A DNA stretch of 64,000 nt. It comes from Camelus ferus. Lineage: Eukaryota. Positions 1 through 12,740 of the stretch are shown here, in pieces. The stretch lies in contig NC_045696.1 in the NCBI RefSeq assembly GCF_009834535.1, positions 9,178,001 through 9,242,000 on the forward strand, written 5' to 3'. The position numbers and the translations under genes are program-made. The number at the start of each line of letters is the position of its first letter. Position 1 is the stretch's first letter. The notes below the pieces were generated by a model. The model worked only from the letters and a program-made list of their open reading frames with translations. It did no database searches and was not told the DNA's origin.

Positions 1-1230
1 CTACACCCTCCATTTCTGCTTCTCAAACTTGGCTTCCATGTGCCCTAATGCACCAGCACCTGAGTTAGCCCATGATTCACATCTTAACTCTTCAGTGATT
101 CCAAGGCCAAGCTTTCCAACATCTGACAAGATAAAGCAAGCTGGACTAGCATACATGTAGCAAGTTGGGACAACATGAAGGTCAAGGCCAGGCTGAACTG
201 GTGGATTCTCGCTCCCTTGGGTAAGCTCCCTTTGGCAGTGTATTGCATGCCCAGGCAAACCAAAGATGAGGGCAAGACACAGGAACTTTTTCTTTAAAAA
301 GGAACATAGGTCTTGAACACTTTCTACTTTCACCTCCATATACGCTGAACATAGTAAGGCAATGGAATTTGCTTCCTTTTCTGGTAATAAATCTTAATGA
401 CTCCAACTTGCTAGGAGTCATTTTTTTAAAAGCATATCAAAATTTGGTAAAGGATGGATAACACTCATAAAAATGTCACACATCAGGTTTATTATTAGTG
501 ACTGCAAGTGTTAGAGTCAATGAAAACATAAGTGTCAGCAGTATCAGAGCACTGGGTGTACTCTGACCTAGTTACGTGCGTATTTCAAAACACTGATTCC
601 TACCTGCAGGGCTATTTGTGGCATGTAACAAGCAGACATCTCACGGCACCTATGCACTGGGAGGTCTGTAGAAGGCAAGTGGCCTGTAGGTTGGAGAAGA
701 GGTGTTTAGCTCTAAACAATTTCACCATCAAGATGGCCCCAACCAACAATCTCCCAAGATAAAACAGTTAATGTCTTGTGCATACACCTTTCCAATCCCT
801 GCTTAAAGCCAGCAGCTTTGCTTGAATACATATCACAAGTGCACCTATATTTGTCCCACATTTTCTTGCACAAATTATCTTAGACCGCATCACATATGTG
901 TGATCATTATGCCCACAGATGCCTGTGTACCCATGAGAAAACTAGGAGTAGAAAGTGAGAATATAAAAGAGGGTGCAGGTGCAATCAGGGCACAGATGGG
1001 GATGGAGAACAGGAAAGAGTGGTGAACTGGGCAGAGAAGCAGGGATGAGGCCAGTTGGTGAGTAAGCAGGAAAGGATAGAAAATGGGGGGGGGGGTGATG
1101 CAAGGTCCACTGGACATGATCGGTTAACATGAAATCAAAAGCTAAGAATGAGCATTTTCTAGAATATATCATCTGGTAGTGAGATGCAGTGGGGGAAAAT
1201 GGAACAAGAGTAAAATTTGGAGGGAGAGAG

Positions 1231-1432
1231 ACTCAGGTCTAAATCTCAGCTCTGCTTCTTGAGTTAGTAATGATCTATGTGGACTTTGATGGTTGGTTTA
1301 ACCTCTCCAAGGCTTGGTCCCTGCTTCTGCAGAATGGGGAACTCAACTCTCCCCAGTATTAGGGCATTGTGAAACTTTCATGGCACATTCTATCACAGTA
1401 ATATGTAATTGAGTCCTCAATAAATGGTCATT
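1231..1432 (+). mobile_element. MIR SINE (degenerate)
   Basis: AAATCTCAGCTCTGC...TTAACCTCTC...AGAATGGGG...CTCAATAAATG resembles the MIR core and tail. Confidence 0.65.
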
Positions 1433-3069
1433 GTGTTAAATGGGTAAAGACCTCTGGCATGGTTTCCTGAAGGAGCATCTTGGCCCAGCTGTAGGGAAAG
1501 TCATGTGTTGAGGGTAGTTTTTTAGAAGGAGGGACCTACAATCTTTCAATGGTATTGTGGTTAGAGAGTCCTGGGGAACTAATCCGGCCCGGGGACATCT
1601 TTTCCACAGAGGCTCTACCAACACTGAAAACTTAGAATGTCTAAAATAAAAATTGTCCTCTTTTCCTCAAAACTAGCTCCTCCCTGTGACCTTCATTCAC
1701 TTCCTCATTCATTCTGTCACATATATATTATTCATTAAGCATTTTTATGATGTCTGTGGTATACAAGGCATTCTATTTGGGAACAGATAAAAAGAACAAA
1801 ACTCTATAAATCAATCATATGAAAAGGAAATCCCATGGGTATCATTGGCACCTGGGTGGTTCTCATGCTTCTTACATCTGCCCTTTTCTTGTGTCTTTTT
1901 ATTTGGACTCCTCGTCCATTGGTTACCCTGTCCCACTTTGATTCCTCTTACAGATCTGCCAAGTTGGTTTCCTAAAAGCTTAAATCTGATCATATTTCTA
2001 TCATGTTCAAGACTCTTCCCATGACTCTCCTCTGCCTCGGGAATGAAGTACAAATTTCAACATGAACCTTATCTTCCTATACTGCCTTATCTCTCACCAT
2101 CTTCTCCAAGTGTCTAATTCCTTAATCCAGAGATTGGAAACATCTGGCATGTATATGGCCACAGCTTTCCCCCTTGCCTATTGCAGACATCAATAGTTGA
2201 TCACAGCACTCCCTCCTCCTATGCCTGATCAGTCATGGTCTCAGAATCCTTCAGCCAGTAGCAATCAATCAGAGTTGGGACTCCAGACGATCCTTATTCA
2301 GCCATCCTTCCTCTAGTCTTCTTGTCAGAAAAGAAGAAGCAGACTCTAACTTGGGTTCTGACTCTTTGATTGCTACTGTTAGTTGTTTTAAAAAAGACAT
2401 GTTGATTAACCTGTTTTCAAATGTAAATAATCCCTAGCAAACAAAGGTTCTTCCTTCCAGACACTTAGAAAAATAATAATATTATTGGAGGCATTTTAAA
2501 AGAGTGAGTCACCTCTAGGGCATAGGTGTTTAAGAACAACTATCCCAAACCACGTCAAAATTCCTTTTATACATTCATCAGGATTCTGGGCTCCAAGCAT
2601 CACACAGAAAACCTCAGAGCTAAACTAGACACCCCTCCTACTAGACAACAAAACCCACCTGGCCCCAACCCAAGAGACAAGCGAGTGACGGATGAAGCTT
2701 CTCTTCCCAATTCCCAGCCAGCTTTGTTCACTGCCGCTGGGACTTCCTGGTGAGCTCGGAGGTTAGTAAATCAGAATCACCTGGCAGATCCAGCCATGAA
2801 AGTTCCTGGGAGAAAAACTGTCATCTTCTTTCTAAAACTCAAGAAAGGAATGGTTATGACTTTAGAATTGAGTAACTACCTCTAGATATGGGGCATTGTC
2901 TGTCTTTAAAGAACAAAGGACTGCGCCTTATACTTCTTTGCATCTGCTACAGTCTACATAGGAATACTCAAATATTAGACATTTTCCAAGACGATAGTTC
3001 AAAGAATACATAGATAGCACCACTCAGAGCTCTAAACATCCATTGTGAGGAGTCTCCCACATATGTGCT

Positions 3070-3104
3070 TGTGTGTGTGTGTGTGTCTGTGTGTGTGTGT
3101 GTGT
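3070..3104. repeat. Interrupted (TG)n microsatellite
   Basis: Direct reading. Confidence 0.95.
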
Positions 3105-4291
3105 TTGGTGAAGGACATAAAATAGGACAGCAGAAAAGTGACTTGAGTAAAAATTATTAAAGTTAGACCCTTCTGAGGGGTCTCAAGGTGGTTCTTAGTT
3201 TTCTCTCTTGAAGAACCAATGTTTCTGCTCATGCCACTTGCTTTTCTTAGATGAACCATATATTGAGTATCTTTAAAATTGTCCTCATCAGTATTTTATC
3301 AAAAGAAGCACCAGTCTCTCCCTTGGTGGTCATGCTGCTCAGCTGAAATGTCTTTCCAGAGAAGGGTTGATCTGGGTGCCTTGGGAGACACGAAGCTCAG
3401 TGCTCAGCCCCATAAAAAGTCAAAAATTCGAACATCTGCCTTCGATAAAAGCAGAGTGGTCAACACCCCCCTGGCTGCCCTCCTTCTCTGCCATCTCTCA
3501 TCCCCCTCCCAACAAAAAACATTTCCAGAAATAAGTCTATTTCTATTAGTTTAAGTGGAGCCAAATGATCAAAACTATGCTATTTCCAAGAAGACTGCTG
3601 GATCCCACCTTGTGTCATTCTACAGTGTTGCTATAAGAATGTTTGATAATCAAACCCCTAAATAAAAACATGATGATGAATTCAGGAGCTGGTTGAAAAC
3701 TCTAACTTATAGATCTGATTTTTCCAAATAAGGATGGCATTTAATAATTTATATTACTAAGCTTGAGAGGATATCTGCCTCTAAACTTCTGTTTTTTGAT
3801 GGCAATTTCCTTAGTGGACGAAAGAATTAAACATTCCTCATCCACATGCCTAGATGCTTCCTCACAGATTTAAGGATTTGGGGCAGAGAATAGACCACTC
3901 TAAAGAGGATTTTATTCACAAAGTGAAACTCCAAAGAGATCTAAAGAAATAAACTTGCAAGGCTGTAGGGACCTTTCTGAGCCCAGAACCCATCAGTGCA
4001 TTCTGGTAGGACCGCCACTTCTGAGGGGCTTGGCAACCACAACCATGGTTCAAGAAAGACATGCCTGCACATCCATCTCCTAAGAAAGATGGACTTTTGG
4101 TCAGAAGTGTTCAAATTATTTTAATTAGCCATCTAACTATAATTTGACCCTTTCAGAGATGGGTATCAAGATAGAAAAATTATGACAATGCACAAGAATA
4201 TTTTACTTAAAATTCTATTGACAGGGTGGTCATGCAGTCTTCATTCAGATTGAAGAACTAGACATAAATCTAAAACTCTAGACTCGAGAGT

Positions 4292-4486
4292 AACACTGCC
4301 CAGTGGAACATTTTGCAAGGATGGGCAAGTTCTATAATGTACACTGTCCCTCATGGTAGCCACGAACCACGTGTGGCTAATGACCACTTGAAAATTGGCT
4401 ATTGCAACTGAGAAATTCATTTCAAATGACTTTCATTTAAGTATAAATTACTACATGAGACTACTAACTACTTCTGGATAGTGTAG
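4292..4486 (+). mobile_element. hAT-Charlie non-autonomous DNA transposon, MER3-like
   Basis: CACTGTCCCTCATGGTAGCCACGAACCACGTGTGGCTAATGACCACTTGAAA matches the recalled MER3 core. Confidence 0.75.
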
Positions 4487-4499
4487 GTCTACAGTTAGT

Positions 4500-4686
4500 A
4501 AATAGTTCTCAAACTGGTCTGTTTATTGGAATCACTTGGCGAGTTTTTCAGAAATACCAGTGACTAGGTCCCACCCCAAGGGATTCTTATTTGATTTTGT
4601 TTGGGAAGTAGCCTTGGCTTTATGACTCTTAGAAAGCTCTCCAGATAGTTATTAATGCCTGGGAAAAGATGAGGATAACTGTTCTG
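4500..4686. mobile_element. MER5-like hAT-Charlie element
   Basis: TAGTTCTCAAACT...GAATCACTTGG...GGTCCCACCCC...AAAGCTCTCCAGATAG pattern. Confidence 0.65.
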
Positions 4687-5592
4687 GAAGAGACATGGCC
4701 AGAGCTAGCAGACTAGATAATCCATTAACTGGATGGATTCAACCCCCTGACTATCTTCAGTGCAACAAGCAGTTCAATTGTGTCCCCAGAGCAAACTCTT
4801 TTCAGACAACATGGCTCAAGTATCTGCTATACGGCAGGCACTGTGTTTAACCCACTCTAACATCACCCTTAACAGGCTCTAAAATACCCAGTGTATGACA
4901 CCACAAAAAAAGCGTGCAAATTACTGTCGGCGCCAAAAATAAGTGGCAAAATCAATGCAAGAGAAACTTACTGAATTCAGATTCCAAATATAAAAGCAAG
5001 TCAGCTATAGTCAAAGGAAAAGCCTTACAAGAAATGAGTTGCCCCATCCACCCAACGTACAGAAGAGAAGAGGAACCACTGACTTCTACCCTAAACAATG
5101 CATCATCTCTGGAAAAGGAATTGCCTCATGGGTAATAGTCAGCAAATGGAAAACCAATTAACAATTGAGTGTCAGGTTACCCTACAATTTCTACCCAAAG
5201 AAACCACACACATGGCTTGGTGTCTGGTGTCCTATGTCACAGAGGTGTGTGGCAAGCGAAAGGAAAGCTTAAGGCCAGGGCCTGTTTTTATGAATTCTTT
5301 AGTGATGCTTCCCCATCCTGAAGTTCTTTCCCTGGGTCGACATCCTGTAAACTCCATTCTTTAATGAGCTGGTTTTCTTCATGAATTTTCTCCCTGCTCT
5401 TATAAAGTTGGAGTCCGGTTTTCTGAAATGCTTGAATTCACTCTTTTTTTGTCCACTCCTGGCTGAGCAGACAACTGGTGCCTCAGCGCTAAGCACCTCA
5501 TTCCAACAGTTCATCCCACGACAGCACTTGAGCCAAAGGGAAAGTCCAGGACGTCTGGAGATAAAGATGGGAGGCAGGGAGAGGGGGAGATG

Positions 5593-6315
5593 ACGCTCTT
5601 CTGTAATCCTGAAAAGCAAAAATTAGGGTACACTGTGCACACAGTTGTTAACAGAGGTTGCCTCTAGAGTTCATTTCTGTTACTCTAGAGGTAACTTCTA
5701 CACTGCCGGGCCAACCCTTACAGACTGTACCTGCGTCTCTCACTATCCCTGTGGTTTTCTGCTGCATAGCTTTGATTTTCCTACGCAAAGTGCCCATGTC
5801 TTCAGAGAACATCAGTTTTATCTGTCTGCCCAACAGTAAAAGCGAAAGGCTCCATATGAGGAATGCTAAACATCTACCTGGTTCTTCCTCTGCTTAGGGC
5901 AGAAATCCCCTATTAAATCTTCAGTTCTTACTGCATTATATCAAATCCCTCTTGGAGCGACTGTTCCACATACCTTAACCTGATCTGCTCAAAACGTTTG
6001 TTCCAAAGCCTGCTTTATGAGAAGCCCCAAAGAGCTTTAGAAAAACCCAAGTCTGTGTTTGCTGTGGATCAAAATGCTGACAGATTTAATCAGTCAAGAA
6101 TAAATATGTGCTGTCTTTTCATATTGGGCACATGAGACATTTGCCTTTTTTTTTTTTTTAAAAAAGTACCTTTTATTATGAAAGAAATACATGTTCATTA
6201 AAAAACCAACAAACTAGAAAATCACTCAGAGTTTCACCCTCTAGAGATAACTTCTGTTAATAATTGTGTGCAAGGTCTACCCTTACTTTTGCTTTTCATG
6301 ACCATGGAAGAGGGT
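5593..6315. repeat. Long imperfect inverted repeat (arms 5593-5669 and 6239-6315)
   Basis: Manual ungapped alignment of arm 1 with the reverse complement of arm 2 gives 61/77 identities; spacer 569 nt. Confidence 0.85.
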
Positions 6316-6566
6316 AAGTTTACGGGGAGGAGCCCAGCTCTTCCAGGGAAAAATGAGATGCAGGGAAAGCCAGCTACAGCGCTGGCGTGTGGGGAACACA
6401 GTTGACTCTACACTTTTCCGACCATTATAAACCCCATCCCCACTCCAAACGCTTACTTTACCATTGGTCAAAAAAGGTTTCTCGAACACCTTTCTGAGCT
6501 GTGCTGTCATGATGCTAAAATATCCCATCTATTTTCAGCCTCCAAGGAACTTACAGTCTAGTTGGA

Positions 6567-6999
6567 TATATTAGTTTCCTGGGCTGCCTTAACAAAGTAC
6601 CATGAACAGCATGTCTTAAAATAACAGAAATTTACTGTCTCACGGTTCAAGTGGCCAGAAGTCCAAAATCAAGGTGTCAGCAGGGCCACACTTCCTCGGA
6701 AACCTGCAGGGGAGAACCCTTCCACGCTTCTTCCCAGCTTCTGGTGGCGACCAGCAATTCTTGACGTTCCTTGGCTTCCGGCTCTGATCTCTGCCTCTGA
6801 CATCATGCAGCGTCTTGTATGTCTGCGTCTTCCTATGGCATCTCCTCTTCTTACGAGGACACTAGTCATATTGAACTAGGGCCCATACTAACGACCTACT
6901 TCTTAACTTCATTATAGGCGCAATGATCTATTTCCAAAAAAAAGGTCACATTCACAGGTATACTGGGGGTTAGAACATCAACATATTCAATCCATAGCA
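6567..6999 (-). mobile_element. MaLR solo LTR (MLT1-type)
   Basis: TATTAGTTTCCTGGGCTGCCTTAACAAAGTACC...CAGAAATTTACTGTCTCAC...CCAGAAGTCCAAAATCAAGGTGTCAGCAGGGCC is typical of MLT1. Confidence 0.85.
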
Positions 7000-7559
7000 C
7001 CGAGGAAGCAAAAAACTCACATGATCCAGTTAGAGAACAATACAAGATCAGGATGATTAACTTTTCAGGTATATGACTCAAACCGCCAGTGCTAATGGAA
7101 ATTCACAGAATTATTCCAGAAGGATGAGACAGTTTAGAAAGAGTTTATGGATTTTATTGCACTCAGGTGGATCTTGGTGGGAAAGGTGGATGGAGGAAGA
7201 AGTGGACATTCCTGGGAAAGAAACAAAATTTAAAGTTTTTAGCACAATAAATGAGGTACTTCTCCAACTGGCTCTTGCCCTCCTCTTTGGTCTCAGGACC
7301 CAGGAGACTTGCTCGGCAATGCTAAACCACACGGGAGCCCCTCAGACACCTTCTTTTGGACCACCGCCCCTGTTCACAGGTTGCTTATTTTAGCTAGAAT
7401 ATCTCTTCGTCAGTTTCCACCATCACCACTACCCACAATCAGTTTCCTATTCATCCTCCCACAAGCTCGAACCATGACATCATAACACTAGGCATCCTGG
7501 ACCCCTGGAGAGCAGTCACCACCCACTCTGTGCTACCTTGTAGATATTGACTAATAGCC

Positions 7560-7675
7560 TGGTGGCCTTAAGGACAGGAACTGTGTCCCTCTCGTCTCTA
7601 TCCCCAGCACTTAGCACAGAGCCGGCACTGCCAATAGTCATCAAAGGTTTACTGAAATTTAGTTGAACTGAATTG
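7560..7675 (+). mobile_element. L2 3' end fragment
   Basis: AGGACAGGAACTGTGTC...TATCCCCAGCACTTAGCACAGAGCCGGCAC...TTTACTGAA. Confidence 0.6.
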
Positions 7676-8899
7676 TTTGTGGACAGAAAATGATGGGATG
7701 AGGCTAATTTCAGGCCTAGCAAAGGGCTAAGGCCTGTAGATGGGCTGATGACTGAGCTGTTGTGAAGTGAGTCATCACAAAGGAAGGGGCCAAACACACC
7801 ATGGGGAGGAGGATGGGTTCCCTGTGTGAGTGAAGGCCCTGACTTGTGAAATGGCCTGACGTGCTGGGAAAACACAAAAGAGTCAATACAATCAGAGCAT
7901 TAGATTTAAGAGGAGGAAGGCAGGAGACATGGACAGAGGCCCACTGAGCAGAGCCTCAGATGGTGGCGACTATAGACAGTTTTCCAGAAGGGAAATGCGT
8001 TTCTGTGTTCCAATTTGAATATAAAAGACATGGTTCAACAGCAGCATGGAACGTAGAAAGCTGGGGTCAAGGCCAGATGTAGGGAATATCCTAAGCAAAC
8101 TCTAGAGATACGTGGGCAGGGGAAGGAATGTGGCGGGCAGGAAGGAGGAAACGAAATGAACCAACCATGAGGAGGTGACACTGACAGGACTGCGGTGTTG
8201 GGAACGAAAGAGTTGAGATTTCTCCCTTGAATGACGGGTGACAGAACCGCAGTTCACAGAAATGGGGGCTGTGGGCGGCACAGTGGGTATGGGGGATGGC
8301 CATGAGCTCCGTTCTGCACGTGAGTACTCTGAATTCCCATGAGGCTTCTAGGTTTTATAAAGTGAACAATTAGGTGGGAGGGGGTTGGAGTTTTTCCTGT
8401 GTGTTTTTTTAGTAACGATTTTAATTAGAATTGTGTTTGAGATCACGTTCTGACTCTTTAGAAATGTGCCACAGGTTTCCATGATATCAGGACTTGAAAA
8501 TAAACACAACCACCATTTGGGGCAAACAGGACCCAGCTCAGCACCACTTAGTTTCTTCATGAGTCCAGCTGTGAACTGGAAAGAAATGGAAACCAGCAAG
8601 CTATCAGACAGGGACAGCCTGCCTCTTAAAGACAGCAATTTAAATATAGGTATTCCTTCTTTGCTGCTACACTGGATGGAAGGGAATCAACAGCCCATGG
8701 GTGTGGATCTTCACTTTACTTTCTGGGCACCCTGAGCTGTACGGCCACCTGTCCTAATGGCCAGGGGTCTGTGGTCTCAGGGAGGGTGTTTCCAGAACCT
8801 CAGTGCATCCCGCTAGGGAGAGAACGTTGACCTTTAGAATTGGACACATGAGCAGGACATTGGCGATGACCATCTGCAATGTTCTGGACCTCTGTGTAC

Positions 8900-9100
8900 T
8901 TTAAATCCTGGCCCTGCCCATTCCTAGCTGTGTTACCAGAAACAAGTTGCTTATCTTCCCTGGGATCTATTTTCTTGTATAAAATAGAAAGATCTTAGAA
9001 CCTACATTTAAGGGTGGCTGTGAAGAGTTCGAATGCTAATACATAAGAAGGATTGAGAATAGTTCCTGGCTTAGAACAAGCAGTCAATCAATGGTGGATG
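8900..9100 (+). mobile_element. MIR SINE
   Basis: AAATCCTGGCCCTGCCCATTCCTAGCTGTGT...CAAGTTGCTTA...GAACCTAC core. Confidence 0.65.
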
Positions 9101-9483
9101 CATATTTATTCAGTAAAAATTATTTTGATGTTTTCCATCTATTTATACCAGAAGCTTCCAAGCAGCAGAGACCCAGACTGGGCAGAAAATGTCCTGTGGT
9201 TTCCTACTGTCTGATTTCTCCAGATGCCACAGGTGCCATCCTACTCAGGACTCTGAGGGAGAGATGTGGAGACAAAGGGCTCCTCTCCGAGCCTAAACAC
9301 CGAGGGTACCAGCAGACAATTGCTTTTTAATTTACTTGGAAAGGATGCTTTTTTCGTTCTCTAATTCCTCCATGCTCCTTCATTAGTCCATGCATCCAGC
9401 TCACTGTTTCCTCTTCCTGGGATGCCCTTCACCCTCCTCGCCCCGCCCACGTTACAGAGTCACTTCCTGTATGGAAGACCTTA

Positions 9484-9680
9484 TAGCAGAGTGGTTTAGA
9501 GCTATAAAGGGCTGTGCTTCTTACTAGGTGTGTGACCTTGGGCCAGTTACTTAATCTTTCTAAGCCTGGATCCTTTATCTGTAATATAGGAGCAATAAAG
9601 CACCCACCTCATAAAACTATTGAGAGAATTGCACCAAACAATACTTGCCAAGTACCTGGCCCAGGGACAGCACATCTCAT
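9484..9680 (+). mobile_element. MIR SINE
   Basis: CTTACTAGGTGTGTGACCTTGGGCCAGTTACTTAATCTTTCTAAGCCT core. Confidence 0.75.
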
Positions 9681-9857
9681 GGGCTCCTCCTTTAGATCTA
9701 GTATCACAACCACTCACAACCTCCCCTGACCATCAAGGGCGAACGGAGCACAATTGCACTCCCCTCCTTTCTAGCCAGTGCACACCTTGCTGAAGACACA
9801 CAGAGCGCCAGCCTAACCCCTCACTTACAGATCTGTCTTCTTTAAAAGCAGGAACCG

Positions 9858-10143
9858 GACATAGAGAACAAACTATGGTTACCAAAGGGGAAAGGGCGGA
9901 AAGGGATAAATTAGGGGTTGGGGATTAACAGATATACCTTATTGTATATAAAATAGATAAACAACAGGGACCTACTGTATAGCACAGGGAACTAGATTCA
10001 ATTTATTGTAATAATATATAATGGAAAAGAATCTGGAAAGAAAATATACATATGTATGTATATGTATAACTGAATCTCTTTGCTGTACACCTGAAACTAA
10101 TATTGTAAATCAACTAAGCTTCAATAAAAATTAAAAAAATAAA
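9858..10143 (+). mobile_element. L1 3'UTR fragment (cetartiodactyl-type)
   Basis: ATAGAGAACAAACTATGGTTACCAAAGGGG...GACCTACTGTATAGCACAGGGAAC...TTTGCTGTACACCTGAAACTAA followed by an A-rich tail. Confidence 0.85.
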
Positions 10144-10374
10144 CCACTCCCATTACCTATTGGAATTCCCAAGTTCTCGCATAGTGCTTATACACAGCAG
10201 GCATTTGCCCAACAAATGAATCAGTCTATCTAAAGGGTAAAAAGTATTCAAGAAAAAATAAGTTGAACTTTTTTCAGTCACAGATGGACCAAAAAAGGTC
10301 AACTTAATTTTTCGAAAGGGTGTGGTCATAGTTGAGTCTGTCACCTTTTTAAAAATCTGTCAAGAGAGTGAAAA

Positions 10375-10870
10375 AGAATATTACATGTCTACACTCATAT
10401 TCATAGCGACATTAGTCACAATAGCCAAGAGGTGGAAGGAACCCAAGTGTTCATCGACCACTGAATAGGTAAACAAAATGCGGTCTAACCATACAATATA
10501 TTATTCAGCCTTAAAAGGGAAAGACATTCTGACTCATGCTACGACGTGGATGAACTTTAAAGGCATTATGCTAGGGGAAATAAGCTCGTCACAAAAGGAC
10601 AAATGTTGTAGCACCCCACTTATATGAGGTACCTAGAGTAGTCAAATTCGTAGAGACATAACCCAGAATGGTGGTTGCCAGGGGCTGGGAGGATGGAGGG
10701 GTGGAAAGTTAGGGTTTAATGGGTACAGAGTTTCAATCTGGGAAGACAAAAAATTTCTAGAGATGGAGGCTACACAACAGCGTGACCGTACTTAATCCCA
10801 CAGAATTGAACACTTAAAATGGTTGAAATGGTAAATTGCACGTTATGTATAGTTTACCACAATTTAAAAA
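10375..10870 (+). mobile_element. Older L1 (L1MB-like) ORF2 end and 3'UTR
   Basis: CACAATAGCCAAGAGGTGGAAGGAACCCAAGTGT...TATTCAGCCTTAAAAGGGAA...CACTTAAAATGGTT. Confidence 0.85.
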
Positions 10871-12499
10871 GGGAAAAGAATGTTTAAGTAGCTCCTGGTA
10901 TTTACACAAAAGGCTTCCTTACCGTGTGTGTGATTTGCCCGTGTGGACACGTCTGTAACTGCACCAACCCAGCCCAGCATCACAGAGGGATTAGGGACAG
11001 CCTCAGAACCCAGGGTTTTAATTGTAGGTTTAGGTGAGGAACTAGATAGTGTCTTCACTCTGCAAAGAGTTAAGACCTTCTCCAGAGGTTCACTTCGAAA
11101 GATGTTTTCCAGTGTCCCCAGGAATGGAACTGTGTGTGACATCAATCAGAAACAAAGGAGGGAATGCTCATGTAGATTTTTCACTGACTGTTCTGTTTGG
11201 TCTGAAATTGGAAAATGTCTTGGTGTGTTTCTGTTTGGGGAGTTATCGTCTTGTAGGTGATACCAGGAGCCTTCTGTGTTTTCATTCTTGCTTCAACTTT
11301 TTGGACAGAAACGAGACAGTCACCATTCATGACGCCTTGGCCATAAGTTGCTTTGGGAGGAGGGAAGTGAAGCCTGGTATCTTAGGGAAGACTTTGGTTG
11401 TGGAATTAGAAAATGGGTCATTTTCTGGAAAAGTAACAGACAGTTATGGAAGGGTTGGGGGTGAGGCCATAAAATGTGCTGAGATGCTAAAAAAGAGATG
11501 TAAAGAAGATTGGGAGGAAGTAGCTGGCAATCTCCCAAACTGGCCCAATAGCGTGAAGCCAAGGATGGAAAAGTGAAGAGCATTTTTGACTTTGAAGGTG
11601 GTCATTTGCTTGGTCCACGTGTCAAACACGGGACTTGAATCCATTCAGATGTCTCCATCTGAATCTAGAAGTTCAGCTTCCCATGAGAAGAAGTATTTGC
11701 TGTTTCATTCAGGGTCCTCATCCAGGTTCCAAAAACAGTGCCTGGCCAGGAGCACCGGCTCTTCACGAATGTGTTGGATGAATGAATGCTTAAATCTAAT
11801 TCTCAAGTATGTTTCAAAAATATAGCCCTAATACAGACCAGGATGTGACCGTTGTCTTTACAATTTGATTCACTTCTAAAAACGTTCACCTGAAACAGTC
11901 TTTCCTAAACGTCTACAAAGCTTGTTTAGGGAAAAAACCTCAATCTAATAATATTCAATTATTAAGTGTCAGTTTCCAAAATATCTTCCACTTCCTGGAT
12001 CTAATTTTGTTTCAGTTCTATAAGGAGATCACCCTGAGGAAGACAGAAGTATTTTTATCTCCATGCTAAGTTGGTCAATCGTTACTTTCCCCAGAAGCGT
12101 CAGGCTCTGCTGGGCACCTGCAGATACAGGGTGGAGAGCAAGCCCCACAGGGCTGAGGGCAGCCCACCAGACCCACTGAAGCAAAGGACAGGTCAGGCGG
12201 CTGGTGAAACCATGTACAGAGGGGTTGGGGGGGGGGCTCCTTACAAAACTGGTCAAATAGTGTAGTAGATCAGTAGATCAAGAATTCAAAAGAACTGGGG
12301 AGGTCCCTTCTCTGGTTTCCAGCAAAAGGGTGCAGATGTTAAATCCAGTCATAAATGAGTTTAGCTGGCTGAGTTCTCACCAGTTACTAGATCAGAGTTT
12401 CCTTCTCTCAGAAGCCTCTTCTCTCCGTGGTCATCACTTTTCAAAAACTGTACTTGCAAATCCATGTCAAATTTGGAATCAAATACAGGCAGTTTAGGA

Positions 12500-12740
12500 C
12501 ACTGAGTAACAGCATGTGCTCTGAAGCCACAGTGTCTAGGTTCAAATCCCAGCTCTGCTAGCTGTGACCTTAGGCAAGTTACTCAGTAGCTCTGTGCCTC
12601 AGTTTCCTCATAAATATACAGATGACAGCAATAATACCTACCTCATAGCACTGATGTGAAAGCAACTGATGTATTAGTTTAGTGAATTAGTATATCGCAA
12701 CAGCATCTGGCATATATTAAATATTACAGTATATCTCAAA
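12500..12740 (+). mobile_element. MIR SINE
   Basis: GGTTCAAATCCCAGCTCTGCTAGCTGTGACCTTAGGCAAGTTACT...GTGCCTCAGTTTCCTCAT. Confidence 0.85.

Noticed and set aside
11049..11576. 175-aa ORF in non-repeat intron
   Set aside because: GTG start, no recognisable domain or exon structure; plausible by chance in 64 kb.
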